Positions 27,926 through 37,892 are shown, numbered from the stretch's first letter. The stretch is 64,000 nt of DNA from an uncultured Muribaculaceae bacterium (GCA_910579035.1 CAJTSR010000003.1:72239-136238), one strand, 5' to 3'. Notes: generated from the letters alone by a model not told the origin. A program made the numbers and translations.

Positions 27926-29032
27926 ATGTATAAAAACGACCAACGCACAGTGATAACCCTCGATGCCGGGGGCACAAACTTCGTGTTCAGCGCGATGCGG
28001 GGCTACGAGTTCATAATCGAGCCTATCACATATCCGTCGAACGCCCACGACCTCGATCTATGCCTCGCCACTATGGTGAAAGGCTTTACCGAGGTAATAT
28101 CGCAGCTTAAGGAAAAGCCGGTGGCAATCAGTTTCGCTTTTCCCGGCCCTGCCGACTACCGCGCGGGCATTATCGGCGGCTATCTGCCGAACTTCCCTTG
28201 CTTCCGCGACGGTGTGGCACTCGGACCCTTCCTGTCTGCCAAATTCGGACTGCCTGTCTTTATAAATAACGACGGCGACCTTTTCACATACGGCGAGGCT
28301 ACAGGCGGCGCGCTTCCTGAAGTCAACAGGCGTATAAAGGAGCTTGGCGGTTCGCGCCAGTATGCGAATCTCTTGGGCTATACATTCGGAACAGGACTCG
28401 GCATAGGCTCCGTGATAAACGGCCGGCTCAATCTCGGCAATAACTCATGCATAGAAACATTCTGTCTGCGCCATAAGCGCTTGCCAGGTGTGATAGCCGA
28501 GGAGGGCGCGTCCATTCGCTCTATAAAACGCGACTATGGCGTGCTTGCCGGTGACCCTGACCACGATCTCACTCCCTACGACATATTCCTTATTGCCGAA
28601 GGCCGTAAAGATGGTAACCGCGAGGCTGCAGTGAAGGCGTTCGAGATGTTCGGCGAGGTGGCGGGCGATGCCTTTGCCACAGCAGTGACGCTTACAGACT
28701 CCATCGTTGTGGTAGGTGGCGGTCTTACGGGCGCGGTGAAGTACATCAAGCCTGCTTTGCTTGCCGAGATGCGGTCGACACTCAAAACGATGAGCGACGA
28801 AACCGTGCAGCGCGTGCAGATGCGTGTGTTCGACCTCGACGACGAGCTTGAATTTGCCAAATTCGTTGTCGGCGACCCGCACCCGATTACCGTCTACGGA
28901 ACGGAAAGCAAGGCTGTGTACGACCCGATGAAGCGCACCGGCGTGATTGTGTCGAAGCTTGGTGCGTCGAAGGCCATATCGATAGGCGCATATGTGTTTG
29001 CGCTGAACGCCCTCGACACGGCTGAAGCCTGA
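27926..29032 (+). CDS. ROK family sugar kinase
   Basis: LDAGGTN, FPGPADY, INNDG, GTGLG. Confidence 0.9.
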   Translation: MYKNDQRTVITLDAGGTNFVFSAMRGYEFIIEPITYPSNAHDLDLCLATMVKGFTEVISQLKEKPVAISFAFPGPADYRAGIIGGYLPNFPCFRDGVALGPFLSAKFGLPVFINNDGDLFTYGEATGGALPEVNRRIKELGGSRQYANLLGYTFGTGLGIGSVINGRLNLGNNSCIETFCLRHKRLPGVIAEEGASIRSIKRDYGVLAGDPDHDLTPYDIFLIAEGRKDGNREAAVKAFEMFGEVAGDAFATAVTLTDSIVVVGGGLTGAVKYIKPALLAEMRSTLKTMSDETVQRVQMRVFDLDDELEFAKFVVGDPHPITVYGTESKAVYDPMKRTGVIVSKLGASKAISIGAYVFALNALDTAEA

Positions 29033-29061
29033 CTGTGCTAACGCTCCGAAAAGATTTGTTT

Positions 29062-29105
29062 GCGAGCCTGCCTGCGTGAAAGCGCGGAGCAGGCTCGCCT
29101 TTTTA
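29062..29105 (+). terminator. Intrinsic terminator ending the PUL tail
   Basis: GCGAGCCTGC...GCAGGCTCGC followed by a T run. Confidence 0.8.
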
Positions 29106-29186
29106 TGCCGTTGCGCCGGAATACAAGAAAGGCGCGCGCCGCATAGGGCACACGCCTTGTGTTGGGGAGGAGGGGGAGTTATTTTC

Positions 29187-29336
29187 TTATTTAAGAGCGT
29201 CTTTAACGGCGTCGTTGGGCACCATTTCCTCTTTGAAGATGTAAGCACCGGTCTTGGGCGACTTAACCATTTTGATTACCTTGCTATAGGTACGGCCTTC
29301 GCCTTTCTGGAGCGATGCGACGGTTTTCTTTGCCAT
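29187..29336 (-). CDS. DUF4295 small protein (Bacteroidetes ribosomal protein bL38); absent from the ORF track
   Basis: Hand translation MAKKTVASLQKGEGRTYSKVIKMVKSPKTGAYIFKEEMVPNDAVKDALK; follows rpmB-rpmG. Confidence 0.88.
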   Translation of the reverse strand: MAKKTVASLQKGEGRTYSKVIKMVKSPKTGAYIFKEEMVPNDAVKDALK

Positions 29337-29349
29337 ATCTTAGAGTGTG

Positions 29350-29538
29350 TTATTTGATTTCTTTATGGATTGTCATGCGCTTAAGAATGGGGTTGTATTT
29401 CTTAAGTTCAAGACGTTCGGTGGTGTTCTTGCGGTTTTTGGTGGTGATGTAGCGGGAGGTGCCGGGCATTCCGCTGGCTTTATGTTCGGTGCATTCGAGT
29501 ATCACCTGTACGCGATTGCCTTTTGCTTTCTTTGCCAT
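29350..29538 (-). CDS. rpmG: 50S ribosomal protein L33
   Basis: [30 protein letters not shown]. Confidence 0.97.
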   Translation of the reverse strand: MAKKAKGNRVQVILECTEHKASGMPGTSRYITTKNRKNTTERLELKKYNPILKRMTIHKEIK

Positions 29539-29570
29539 GGTGCGTTAATTCGATAATTAATTGTGGGGGC

Positions 29571-29831
29571 TTAGATGATAAATTTGATGTCGGAATCCTT
29601 GAGGAAGCCTTTTTCGTATGCCTGAATCATAGCTGCGTCGAGGCCCAGCTTGTTGATGGTGCGGAGGCCGGCGGCAGAGATGGTAAGGCTAATCCATACA
29701 CCCTGTTCTACCCAATAGAACTTTTTGGTGAAGAGGTTGACATTGAATTTGCGCTTGGTGCGACGCTTCGAGTGCGAAACGTTATTTCCCACAATCGCTT
29801 TTTTGCCGGTAATCTGACAAATCTTTGACAT
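29571..29831 (-). CDS. rpmB: 50S ribosomal protein L28
   Basis: [29 protein letters not shown]. Confidence 0.97.
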   Translation of the reverse strand: MSKICQITGKKAIVGNNVSHSKRRTKRKFNVNLFTKKFYWVEQGVWISLTISAAGLRTINKLGLDAAMIQAYEKGFLKDSDIKFII

Positions 29832-30089
29832 GGCTGTTAATGGTTTATCGTTCTTTTGTTTCTTTTTAAGCATCAGGAGTTTGCGGCCGGCATCGCAATT
29901 CTCATATCAGCGCCGGGTGCATCTTTCCCGACGCCTTTAATTAGGATGCGCCGCAAATCAGAGTGCAAAGTAACTACTTTTTTCGCAAACAGCCAAATAA
30001 TCACACTCTTTTCTGCTCTTTTTTTGCGCTTGGCACCCGCTGCGAGGCCTTTTTTGACATAAGGAGGAGCTTTTTCGCTTTTTTTTCAG

Positions 30090-30097
30090 TAACTTTG
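30090..30097 (+). promoter_or_regulatory. -7 promoter element for the parC operon
   Basis: TAACTTTG matches TAnnTTTG, just upstream of the start codon. Confidence 0.6.
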
Positions 30098-30123
30098 TGG
30101 GAAACTGCCAATCACAATATGCA

Positions 30124-32838
30124 ATGAGCCAAGATCCGGACGACATATACCCTGAAGAACAGATTCCGCAGGATATGGAATTTGAAGAAGAACCGGTCGA
30201 GGAAGCCCCTGCGAAAAGGGCGCCGTACACCTCGCCTGACGAACTCGTGCGCCATCATCTGCGCGGAATGTACCAGAGCTGGTTTCTTGAGTACGCGTCG
30301 TATGTGATACTGGAGCGTGCGGTGCCCAACATCGAGGACGGCCTCAAGCCTGTGCAGCGCCGCATACTGCATGCCATGAAGACCATCGACGACGGCCGCT
30401 TCAACAAGGTCGCCAACATTGTCGGCACCACCATGCAGTACCACCCGCATGGTGACGCGTCGATAAAGGACGCGCTTGTGCAGCTCGGCCAGAAGGATCT
30501 GCTCGTTGAAACGCAGGGTAACTGGGGCAATATACTTACCGGCACAGCCGCCGCTGCCGCCCGATACATAGAGGCGCGCCTGAGCATGTTTGCCTCTGAC
30601 GTTCTCTTCAACCCGAAGGTGACGGAGTGGACGCTGAGCTACGACGGCCGCAAGCGCGAGCCGGTGGCCTTGCCTGCGAAGTTCCCGCTTTTGCTCGCCC
30701 AGGGTGCCGAGGGTATCGCTGTGGGCTTGTCGTCGAAAATACTGCCGCATAACTTCAACGAGATACTCGACGCCGCCATTGCCTGTGTGCAGGGGCGCGA
30801 GTTCGAGCTATACCCCGATTTTGCCACCGGCGGCATGATTGACGTTGGCCGCTACAACGACGGCCGTCGCGGCGGTTCGGTCAAGGTACGTGCCAAAATA
30901 GAGAAACTCGATGCCAAGACGCTCAATGTCACCGAGCTGCCTTTCGGCAAAACCTCGGGAGCGCTTATTGAGTCGATTCTGAAGGCATTCGAGAAAGGCC
31001 AGATAAAGATAAGGAAGGTGGAGGACAATACCGCCGCCGAGGCCTCGGTGCTGGTGCATCTTATTCCCGGAACGTCGAGCGACAAGACCATCGACGCGCT
31101 TTATGCCTTTACCGACTGCGAGGTGAACATTTCGCCAAACTGCTGCGTGATCAGCGACAAGAAGCCTTGCTTTGTCGGGGTGAGCGACGTGCTTCGCCAC
31201 AGTGTCGATACCACCCGGCGAATAATAACCTCCGAACTCGAGGTAGAACTTGCCGAAACACGCGAGAAGCTGCTAAACGCCTCGCTCGAAAAGATATTTA
31301 TAGAGGAACGCATATACAAGGATCGCCAGTACGAAGAAGCCGCCAATATCGACGCAGCTGTGGAGCATGTGGATTCGCGGCTGGAGCCTTACAAGCCGTC
31401 GCTCACCCGCGAGGTGACGCGCGACGACATTCTTCGCCTCTTCGAGATAAAGATGAAGCGAATACTGCGGTTCAACTCCGAGGAGGCCGAGGCTGCCATA
31501 CTCGACTTGCGCGCGAGGATAGCGCGCACGCTCGACAAGCTCGACCACATTGACGATGTTACCGTTGAATGGTACACCTATCTTAAAGATAAATATGGCG
31601 AGGCGTTTCCGCGCCGCACCATGCTGCGCAGTTTCGACAACATACAGGCGGCGACAGTGGCCGAAGCCAACGAAAAGCTATATATCAATCGCGAGGAAGG
31701 CTTCATAGGCACTTCGCTGAAAAAAGACGAGTTTGTGTGCAACTGCTCGTCGATCGACGATGTGATTATATTCTATCGCGATGGCCGCTACAAGATAGTA
31801 CGTGTTCAGGAAAAACTGTTCGTCGACAAGAATGTGCTGTATATCAACGTATACAAGCGCAAGGACGAGCGCACTATCTACAATGTGATATACCAGAACG
31901 GCAAGGGCGGCGTGTACTATATGAAGCGCTTTGCTGCCACAGGACTCACCCGCGACAAGGAGTACAACCTTACGCCGGGCGAACCCGGTTCGCGCGTGGT
32001 ATGGTTCTCGGCCAATCCCAACGGCGAGGCCGAGGTGGTGAAGGTGACCCTTAAGCCCAAGCTGAGGCTTAAGAACCTGTCGTTCGATGTTGATTTCGGC
32101 AAACTGAGCATCAAGGGCCGCTCGGCAATGGGCAACCTCGTTACTAAGAACGAAGTGCAGCGTTTCTCTCTGAAAGAACGCGGAGTGTCGACTCTCGGGG
32201 GCCTTAAGGTGTGGTTCGACTTTGATGTGATGCGCCTCAACTATGACGGGCGCGGCAAGTATCTCGGAGAGTTTGCCGGCAGTGACCGCGTGCTCGTGGT
32301 TCTGCCGTCGGGCGAATTTTATACCACGGGCTTCGAGGCCACCAACCACTATGAGGACAAGGTGCTTCTTATCGAGAAGTTCCGTCCCAAGGTGGTATGG
32401 ACCGCCGCGTTGTTCGACGCCGAGCAAGGCTATCCCTACCTCAAGCGGTTCACCTTCGAGGATTCGGGTAAGCATCAGCGCTATCTCGGCGACAACGAGG
32501 CTTCCACACTGTTTGTGCTTTCCGACAAGGAGGCACCAATGTTTGAGCTGCGTTTCGGCGGTGCCGACGCCTCGCGTCCGGCCCTCATAGTCGATGGCGA
32601 GGATTTCATCGGCGTCAAGTCGTTTAAGGCAAGAGGCAAGCGCCTTACCACCTTCGAGCTTGCCGAGATTGTAGAGCTCGAACCCAAGCGCCCCGACACC
32701 GTGGCTGACGAAAACGAAGCCGAAGCTCCGAAAGCAGTGCTTACCGAGATTGAGGACGATGTGTCGGACGAACAGGTGCGCGACGAATTTTACGGGCAGG
32801 AAAGGCTCTTCCAGGACGAAGAAGATGAAAATGCGTAG
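30124..32838 (+). CDS. parC: DNA topoisomerase IV subunit A (Bacteroidetes type)
   Basis: DGLKPVQRRILH, YHPHGD, AARYIEARL. Confidence 0.9.
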   Translation: MSQDPDDIYPEEQIPQDMEFEEEPVEEAPAKRAPYTSPDELVRHHLRGMYQSWFLEYASYVILERAVPNIEDGLKPVQRRILHAMKTIDDGRFNKVANIVGTTMQYHPHGDASIKDALVQLGQKDLLVETQGNWGNILTGTAAAAARYIEARLSMFASDVLFNPKVTEWTLSYDGRKREPVALPAKFPLLLAQGAEGIAVGLSSKILPHNFNEILDAAIACVQGREFELYPDFATGGMIDVGRYNDGRRGGSVKVRAKIEKLDAKTLNVTELPFGKTSGALIESILKAFEKGQIKIRKVEDNTAAEASVLVHLIPGTSSDKTIDALYAFTDCEVNISPNCCVISDKKPCFVGVSDVLRHSVDTTRRIITSELEVELAETREKLLNASLEKIFIEERIYKDRQYEEAANIDAAVEHVDSRLEPYKPSLTREVTRDDILRLFEIKMKRILRFNSEEAEAAILDLRARIARTLDKLDHIDDVTVEWYTYLKDKYGEAFPRRTMLRSFDNIQAATVAEANEKLYINREEGFIGTSLKKDEFVCNCSSIDDVIIFYRDGRYKIVRVQEKLFVDKNVLYINVYKRKDERTIYNVIYQNGKGGVYYMKRFAATGLTRDKEYNLTPGEPGSRVVWFSANPNGEAEVVKVTLKPKLRLKNLSFDVDFGKLSIKGRSAMGNLVTKNEVQRFSLKERGVSTLGGLKVWFDFDVMRLNYDGRGKYLGEFAGSDRVLVVLPSGEFYTTGFEATNHYEDKVLLIEKFRPKVVWTAALFDAEQGYPYLKRFTFEDSGKHQRYLGDNEASTLFVLSDKEAPMFELRFGGADASRPALIVDGEDFIGVKSFKARGKRLTTFELAEIVELEPKRPDTVADENEAEAPKAVLTEIEDDVSDEQVRDEFYGQERLFQDEEDENA

Positions 32839-33664
32839 AATCCTTTGCTCGCTTGCGGCCGCGCTTGCTCTCACACTCGGGGCGCAGACAGTGGAACGCC
32901 CGGTGCTGTCGTCGTACACGGTAGAGGCCGGCTCGGCACATCTTGTGGAAACCTACCTGTCGCCTCTCAAATATTCCGGCTGGGGTACGGCGCTTGGCTA
33001 TGAACGAATGCAGGCAATGCGTTTCGACCCCGACCGGTGGACGATGCAGCTTCGTGGCCGCCTCGGCTTGCAGGGCACGCGCAATCCGGCGCGTAATGCC
33101 ACTATGTGGGACGTCGATCTCGAACTCGCGTGGGGTATGATGCGCCGTTTCAGGCTTCCTGAAGGATTCACCATTATGGCCGGAGGCTCCACCGGCGTTG
33201 ATGCGGGAGTGTTCTATAATGCCCGTAACAGCAATAATCCGGCGGCCGCCAAGGCCGCGTGGACAGTGCGCGCGCTCGGAGCCGCCGTGTGGAACGGGCG
33301 TGTGGGCCGTTTGCCTCTGTGCCTGCGCTATCAGGCCGAGCTTCCGCTTGCCGGTATGTTCTTTTCGCCGGAGTACGGGGAACTTTACTATGAAATATAT
33401 CTCGGCAACCACAAAGGCTTGCTCCGAGGAGCGTGGCCCGGCAATTATTTCAGGCTTAACAACCTGCTGACATGCGACCTGCGGCTTGGGCGCACCAACC
33501 TCCGCGTGGGCTACCGTTTCGACGTCCTATCCACGAAGGCTTCCCGGATAGTTACGCGGCGTATAGGCCATTACTTTGTATTCGGCATCGCCAATGAATG
33601 GATATCGCTCGGCGCCCGCAATACTCTTTCGGAAAAGACGAGGATAATCAATGCCTTGTATTGA
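32831..33664 (+). CDS. DUF3316 family outer-membrane protein
   Basis: Signal peptide; ETYLSPLKYSG, YNARNSNNPA, FFSPEYGELYYEI; amphipathic beta strands. Start may be 32825. Confidence 0.75.
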   Translation: MRRILCSLAAALALTLGAQTVERPVLSSYTVEAGSAHLVETYLSPLKYSGWGTALGYERMQAMRFDPDRWTMQLRGRLGLQGTRNPARNATMWDVDLELAWGMMRRFRLPEGFTIMAGGSTGVDAGVFYNARNSNNPAAAKAAWTVRALGAAVWNGRVGRLPLCLRYQAELPLAGMFFSPEYGELYYEIYLGNHKGLLRGAWPGNYFRLNNLLTCDLRLGRTNLRVGYRFDVLSTKASRIVTRRIGHYFVFGIANEWISLGARNTLSEKTRIINALY

Positions 33665-33665
33665 T

Positions 33666-34733
33666 ATGAGCACACAGAAGATACTCGCGGCCTTGCTGGC
33701 TGCCTCCGTATGTATGGGCGTGGGTGGCTGCCACTCCGTCGAATCGTGGGATAATGACATGTACGGCAATTTCGATGCCTTGTGGACAGCCCTCGACGAG
33801 CATTATTGCTTCTTTGAAAGCAAGGATGTTGACTGGGAGGAAACAGGGCGCCGCTATCGCGCGGGCATCGACCCCGAATGGGACTACCATCAGTTCTTCG
33901 ACCATTGCTCGGCTATGTTGGCCGAGCTGAAAGACGGCCACACTAATCTGGTGTCGTGGTTCGATGTGTCCTATTATCGCAAATGGTGGAGCGATTATCC
34001 GCAGAACTTCAACCTCAGGATAATACAGGAAAACTATCTCGGCTTCGACTATCATTCGGGCGGCGGCATGATATACAAGCTGCTCGAAGACAGAAAGGTG
34101 GGGTATATGCGCTATTCAAGTTTCGCTGCCGGGTTCGGCGAGAGCTTCGTCGACGACATGCTGTACTCGATGCGCGAGGCCGACGGCCTTGTGATAGATG
34201 TGCGCGACAATGGCGGCGGGGATATGACCAATGTTGAAAAGCTGGTGGCTCATTTCATAAACGAGCCTGTGCTTGCTGGTTATATATCGCACAAGACGGG
34301 GCCGGGCCACAATGATTTTTCTGAGCCGTATCCGTTTACCTACGAGCCTGCTGTGAAGCATGTGCGCTGGTTGAAGCCTGTTGTCGTACTTACGAACCGA
34401 AGCACCTTCAGTGCCGCCAATACATTTGTGTCGGTTATGAAGTATCTGCCGCATGTGGTCATAGCCGGGGCTACTACGGGTGGCGGCTGCGGCATGCCGT
34501 TCTCGTCGGAAATACCGTGTGGCTGGAGCGTGCGTTTTTCGTCATGCCCGGTGTATGATGCCGAGATGAATCTCACTGAGCACGGTGTGGAGCCGACCAA
34601 GGGCGCCGAGGTGGAGATGGATCCCGAAGCGGAAGCCCGAGGCGAGGACACTATGCTTGAATTTGCCATAGCCCTGCTTAACAGCGCTGCCGAAGACGAT
34701 TCCGAATCCCGCTCCGTGATTTGGGAGCAATAG
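33666..34733 (+). CDS. S41 family peptidase lipoprotein
   Basis: LWTALDEHYCFF, LKDGH, IDVRDNGGG, TFSAAN, TGGG. Confidence 0.9.
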   Translation: MSTQKILAALLAASVCMGVGGCHSVESWDNDMYGNFDALWTALDEHYCFFESKDVDWEETGRRYRAGIDPEWDYHQFFDHCSAMLAELKDGHTNLVSWFDVSYYRKWWSDYPQNFNLRIIQENYLGFDYHSGGGMIYKLLEDRKVGYMRYSSFAAGFGESFVDDMLYSMREADGLVIDVRDNGGGDMTNVEKLVAHFINEPVLAGYISHKTGPGHNDFSEPYPFTYEPAVKHVRWLKPVVVLTNRSTFSAANTFVSVMKYLPHVVIAGATTGGGCGMPFSSEIPCGWSVRFSSCPVYDAEMNLTEHGVEPTKGAEVEMDPEAEARGEDTMLEFAIALLNSAAEDDSESRSVIWEQ

Positions 34734-34744
34734 CGCCGCGGATT

Positions 34745-36487
34745 TTACTTATAAAGGAAGCGCCTGATAGAACGTTTTGGCGTTTTCTCGAACTCCTCGG
34801 GCATAATCTCTATGTGCTGTATCTGCTCGTATGGGCCTACGAGGCGGTTCAATCCGTCGCGGTTTGCCTCCATTGCTGCCTTGAGGCCTTCTTCGTCGAG
34901 TCCGTCGCGCTCCACCTGCTCCATGTCAGGGTGGCACAGAGCCACTAAATGCCCGCTGCGTTCTACCACGAGGCATTCATTGATATAGGGCATATTGCTG
35001 AGCTTTGATTCTATTTCCTCAGGATAGATATTTTGTCCGTTGGCTGTGAGAATCATGGTCTTGTAGCGGCCACGGATATAGATTGTGCGGTTGTTGGGCT
35101 CGCCGATGCGTCCCATGTCGCCGGTGTGCAGCCAGCCGTCTTCCTCAAGTGCGGCTTCGGTCGCTTCGGGATTCTTATAATACCCTTTCATCACGTTGAG
35201 TCCGCGCACGAGTATCTCGCCCTGCTGAGGCTCTCCTGCCTCTGCGGGCAGAGTGTCGTCGGCCAGTATGCGGGCTTCCATGATGCCGCTGAGGGTTCGG
35301 CCGGCCGAACCCGGCTTGAAGCGACGCCACGGCGAGTAGCTGATGAGCGGCCCGCATTCGGTCATTCCGTAGCCGACCGTGAAAGGAAATTTTATGCGGT
35401 GCAGAAACTCCTCTACCTCGCGGTTGAGCGGCGCGCCTCCCACAATCACTTCTTCGAAAGCTCCGCCGAAAGCGTCTACCAGTTTTGCCCGAATAAGGCT
35501 GTATACGGCTTTGTCGAGCATCGGAACCGCAAGCACCCACCGTACCGGGTTTTTGGTAATCATCGGCACGATGAGCTTGCGGTATATCTTTTCGAGGATA
35601 AGCGGCACGCATACAATCAGAGATGGACGTACCTGCTTCATGGCCTTGGTGAGCAGGGCCGGGGTGGGGAGCTTGCCGAGCAGTGTCACATGCGTGCCCA
35701 CGGCCAGCGGCACGAGCATGTCGAAAGCGCAGCCGTAGGCGTGGGCCAGCGGCAGGAACGACAGTGCGCGCGAGCCTTGGTAGTGCAGGTTGGAGCGTAT
35801 GCCGAAAACAACGTTGCCGCGCAGGTTGTCGAGCGACAGCATAACGCCTTTCGAGAATCCCGTCGTCCCCGATGTGTAGTTTATTATGGCGGTGGAGTCG
35901 CCCGGCAGCTCAGGGTATGATATATGGTCGGCGCGGAAACCGTCGGGGTAGCGCTTGCGGAAGCGGCGGGTGAGGCTTGCCACTATCGATTTGTGCGACA
36001 GCGGGGCTTTGTTGCCATTTGTTGCCACAGGCTGTCGCTCGGCCACCACGGTGCGGGAGTCGAGCGACACCACCGCGCGCAGGGCGGGCAGCTCGTCGAA
36101 GTTGAGGAACTTGAAGAGCCCGTCGGCGGCAAAAAGCATAACCGCGTCGGAGTGGTTTATGATGTTTTGCGCGTCGGCGGGGCTGAAATCGTTCAGCACC
36201 GGCACTATCACGGCACCGTATGTCACAGTTGCCATAAACGCTATCACCCAGTTGGGGGTGTTGCGTCCGAGCAGAGCTATTTTGTCGCCTTGCTGTATTC
36301 CGGCCAATTCGAAGAACAGGTGGAGGCGGGCTATTCGGCGAGCCATATCGCCGTAACTTATCGTCTTGCCTGTCACATAGTCGGTGAGCGCGGGCAGCGA
36401 AAAGTTATCGGCGAAAGATGTGCTGTATATCTTCAGCAGGTCGTTGTACGGGGCCTCGTTGTATGGTTCTTCGAATCGATAGTTCAT
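34745..36487 (-). CDS. Long-chain fatty-acid-CoA ligase
   Basis: YTSGTTGFSKGVML, GYGMTE, GWLHTGD, NIYPEEIE. Confidence 0.92.
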   Translation of the reverse strand: MNYRFEEPYNEAPYNDLLKIYSTSFADNFSLPALTDYVTGKTISYGDMARRIARLHLFFELAGIQQGDKIALLGRNTPNWVIAFMATVTYGAVIVPVLNDFSPADAQNIINHSDAVMLFAADGLFKFLNFDELPALRAVVSLDSRTVVAERQPVATNGNKAPLSHKSIVASLTRRFRKRYPDGFRADHISYPELPGDSTAIINYTSGTTGFSKGVMLSLDNLRGNVVFGIRSNLHYQGSRALSFLPLAHAYGCAFDMLVPLAVGTHVTLLGKLPTPALLTKAMKQVRPSLIVCVPLILEKIYRKLIVPMITKNPVRWVLAVPMLDKAVYSLIRAKLVDAFGGAFEEVIVGGAPLNREVEEFLHRIKFPFTVGYGMTECGPLISYSPWRRFKPGSAGRTLSGIMEARILADDTLPAEAGEPQQGEILVRGLNVMKGYYKNPEATEAALEEDGWLHTGDMGRIGEPNNRTIYIRGRYKTMILTANGQNIYPEEIESKLSNMPYINECLVVERSGHLVALCHPDMEQVERDGLDEEGLKAAMEANRDGLNRLVGPYEQIQHIEIMPEEFEKTPKRSIRRFLYK

Positions 36488-37068
36488 TTTTTATCCTTGT
36501 GGGGGTCGAGAGAGGCTCGGATATCGCCGAAAATGGCATCGACGGTTCCGTTGCCGTTTATGGCGTGATATGTGCCGCAGGCCATGTAGTAGTCACGCAG
36601 AGGCGATGTCTGATTATGGTACACGTCGAGGCGCTTTTTGATGGTTTCGAGGTTGTCGTCGGCGCGTCCGCTGGTTTTTCCGCGTTCGAGCATGCGGCGT
36701 ACAAGCTCTTCTTCCTCCACTTCCAGCCCTACTACGGCGTGAACCGCTGTGCCATAGCCTTCGAGCATTTTGGCGAGAGCTTCGGCCTGCGGGATAGTGC
36801 GGGGGAATCCGTCGAAAATCACACCTTTTTCGCGTATCTCTGGTTTGCTTTCAAACAGGTCGGACAGCACGTCAATCATCAGGTCGTCGGGTATCAGAAG
36901 CCCTTTGGAGATGTATCGGTCGGCAACTTTGCCAAGTTCCGTGCCTCGCGATATGTGGTCGCGGAGGAGCTCTCCGGTCGATATGTGGTGAAGTCCGTAT
37001 TGATCAATAAGTCGTTCGCTCTGTGTGCCCTTGCCGCTGCCGGGGGCACCGAATATCACTATGTTCAT
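36484..37068 (-). CDS. adk: Adenylate kinase
   Basis: GAPGSGKGTQ, HISTGELLR, DGFPRT, GRADD. Confidence 0.96.
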   Translation of the reverse strand: MNIVIFGAPGSGKGTQSERLIDQYGLHHISTGELLRDHISRGTELGKVADRYISKGLLIPDDLMIDVLSDLFESKPEIREKGVIFDGFPRTIPQAEALAKMLEGYGTAVHAVVGLEVEEEELVRRMLERGKTSGRADDNLETIKKRLDVYHNQTSPLRDYYMACGTYHAINGNGTVDAIFGDIRASLDPHKDKK

Positions 37069-37144
37069 CTTATGTCTGTTATGCTTGTTCCTGAAAGGAG
37101 CGCACATTACAAATAATAAACACCCCGAGGGGGCTGTATGTTGC

Positions 37145-37687
37145 TTACTCCTCTTTGAGAATGTAAATGTCGTTTAGGTTGCGGGCTTTTTCGTTGAGGT
37201 CGAGTCCGTATCCGATAATAAATTTCGTTGGTATGTTGAAACCTACATAGTCGGGCTTTACGGGGCGCACGAGAGCCTCCGGCTTGAACAGCAGCGTGGC
37301 CACCTTTATCTCGGCGGGTTCCTGCTGCTCGAGGTCTTTTATAAGCCTGTGGATAGTGTTGCCGGTGTCAACGATGTCTTCCACCACTATCACTGTGCGT
37401 CCTTTGAGGTTTTCGTGCAGGCCGAGCACTTGCTTCACCGAGCCTGCCGACGATGTTCCCTCATAGCTTTTGAGGCGTATGAACGTTATTTCGGCATCGA
37501 TGTCTTCCACGGCGCGGAAAAGGTCGCTTGCAAAAGGAAACGCCCCGTTGAGCACACACACGAACAAGGGTGTTTTACCGGCGCAGTCGCGTACTATGTC
37601 TTTGCCCAGTTCCTTTACACGGGCTGCGATCTCTGCTTGGGTGATGTAGGGCTCGAAGGTAAGGCCCTCGTAAGTGACTTGTTTCAT
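37145..37687 (-). CDS. hpt: Hypoxanthine phosphoribosyltransferase
   Basis: [21 protein letters not shown]. Confidence 0.95.
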   Translation of the reverse strand: MKQVTYEGLTFEPYITQAEIAARVKELGKDIVRDCAGKTPLFVCVLNGAFPFASDLFRAVEDIDAEITFIRLKSYEGTSSAGSVKQVLGLHENLKGRTVIVVEDIVDTGNTIHRLIKDLEQQEPAEIKVATLLFKPEALVRPVKPDYVGFNIPTKFIIGYGLDLNEKARNLNDIYILKEE

Positions 37688-37707
37688 CTTCGATAAGTTT
37701 ATTTTTG

Positions 37708-37715
37708 CAAAGTTA
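37708..37715 (-). promoter_or_regulatory. -7 promoter element for hpt
   Basis: TAACTTTG on the minus strand. Confidence 0.6.
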
Positions 37716-37758
37716 GCACTTTTTTGCGAATCGCAGGCAATAAAATATCAGTCTGCAA

Positions 37759-37869
37759 ATTTGCTTTTGCGCCGGAGATATTCGTATCTTTGGCTTCGCC
37801 TTAGATACTTTCGCTCGGCAAAATCAAAAGAATATTTGCTTTTGCACTCGACTTATTCGTATCTTTGCA
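37759..37869 (+). repeat. Dispersed promoter-bearing repeat, long copy with two internal direct units
   Basis: ATTTGCTTTTGC...TATTCGTATCTTTG occurs twice (37759..37792 and 37834..37867); exact 23-mer shared with 25723..25745. Confidence 0.78.
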
Positions 37870-37892
37870 CGTTAAGCAAATATGAACAAACA

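Noticed and set aside
37759..37869. Direct repeats as a mini CRISPR array
   Set aside because: Only two degenerate units that match promoter consensus; no cas genes.
37674..37892. Upstream extension of the 128-aa ORF (likewise 13969, 19232, 24362 and 25685 starts)
   Set aside because: These run through promoter or repeat DNA or an upstream gene; downstream ATGs give proper signal peptides or TM starts.
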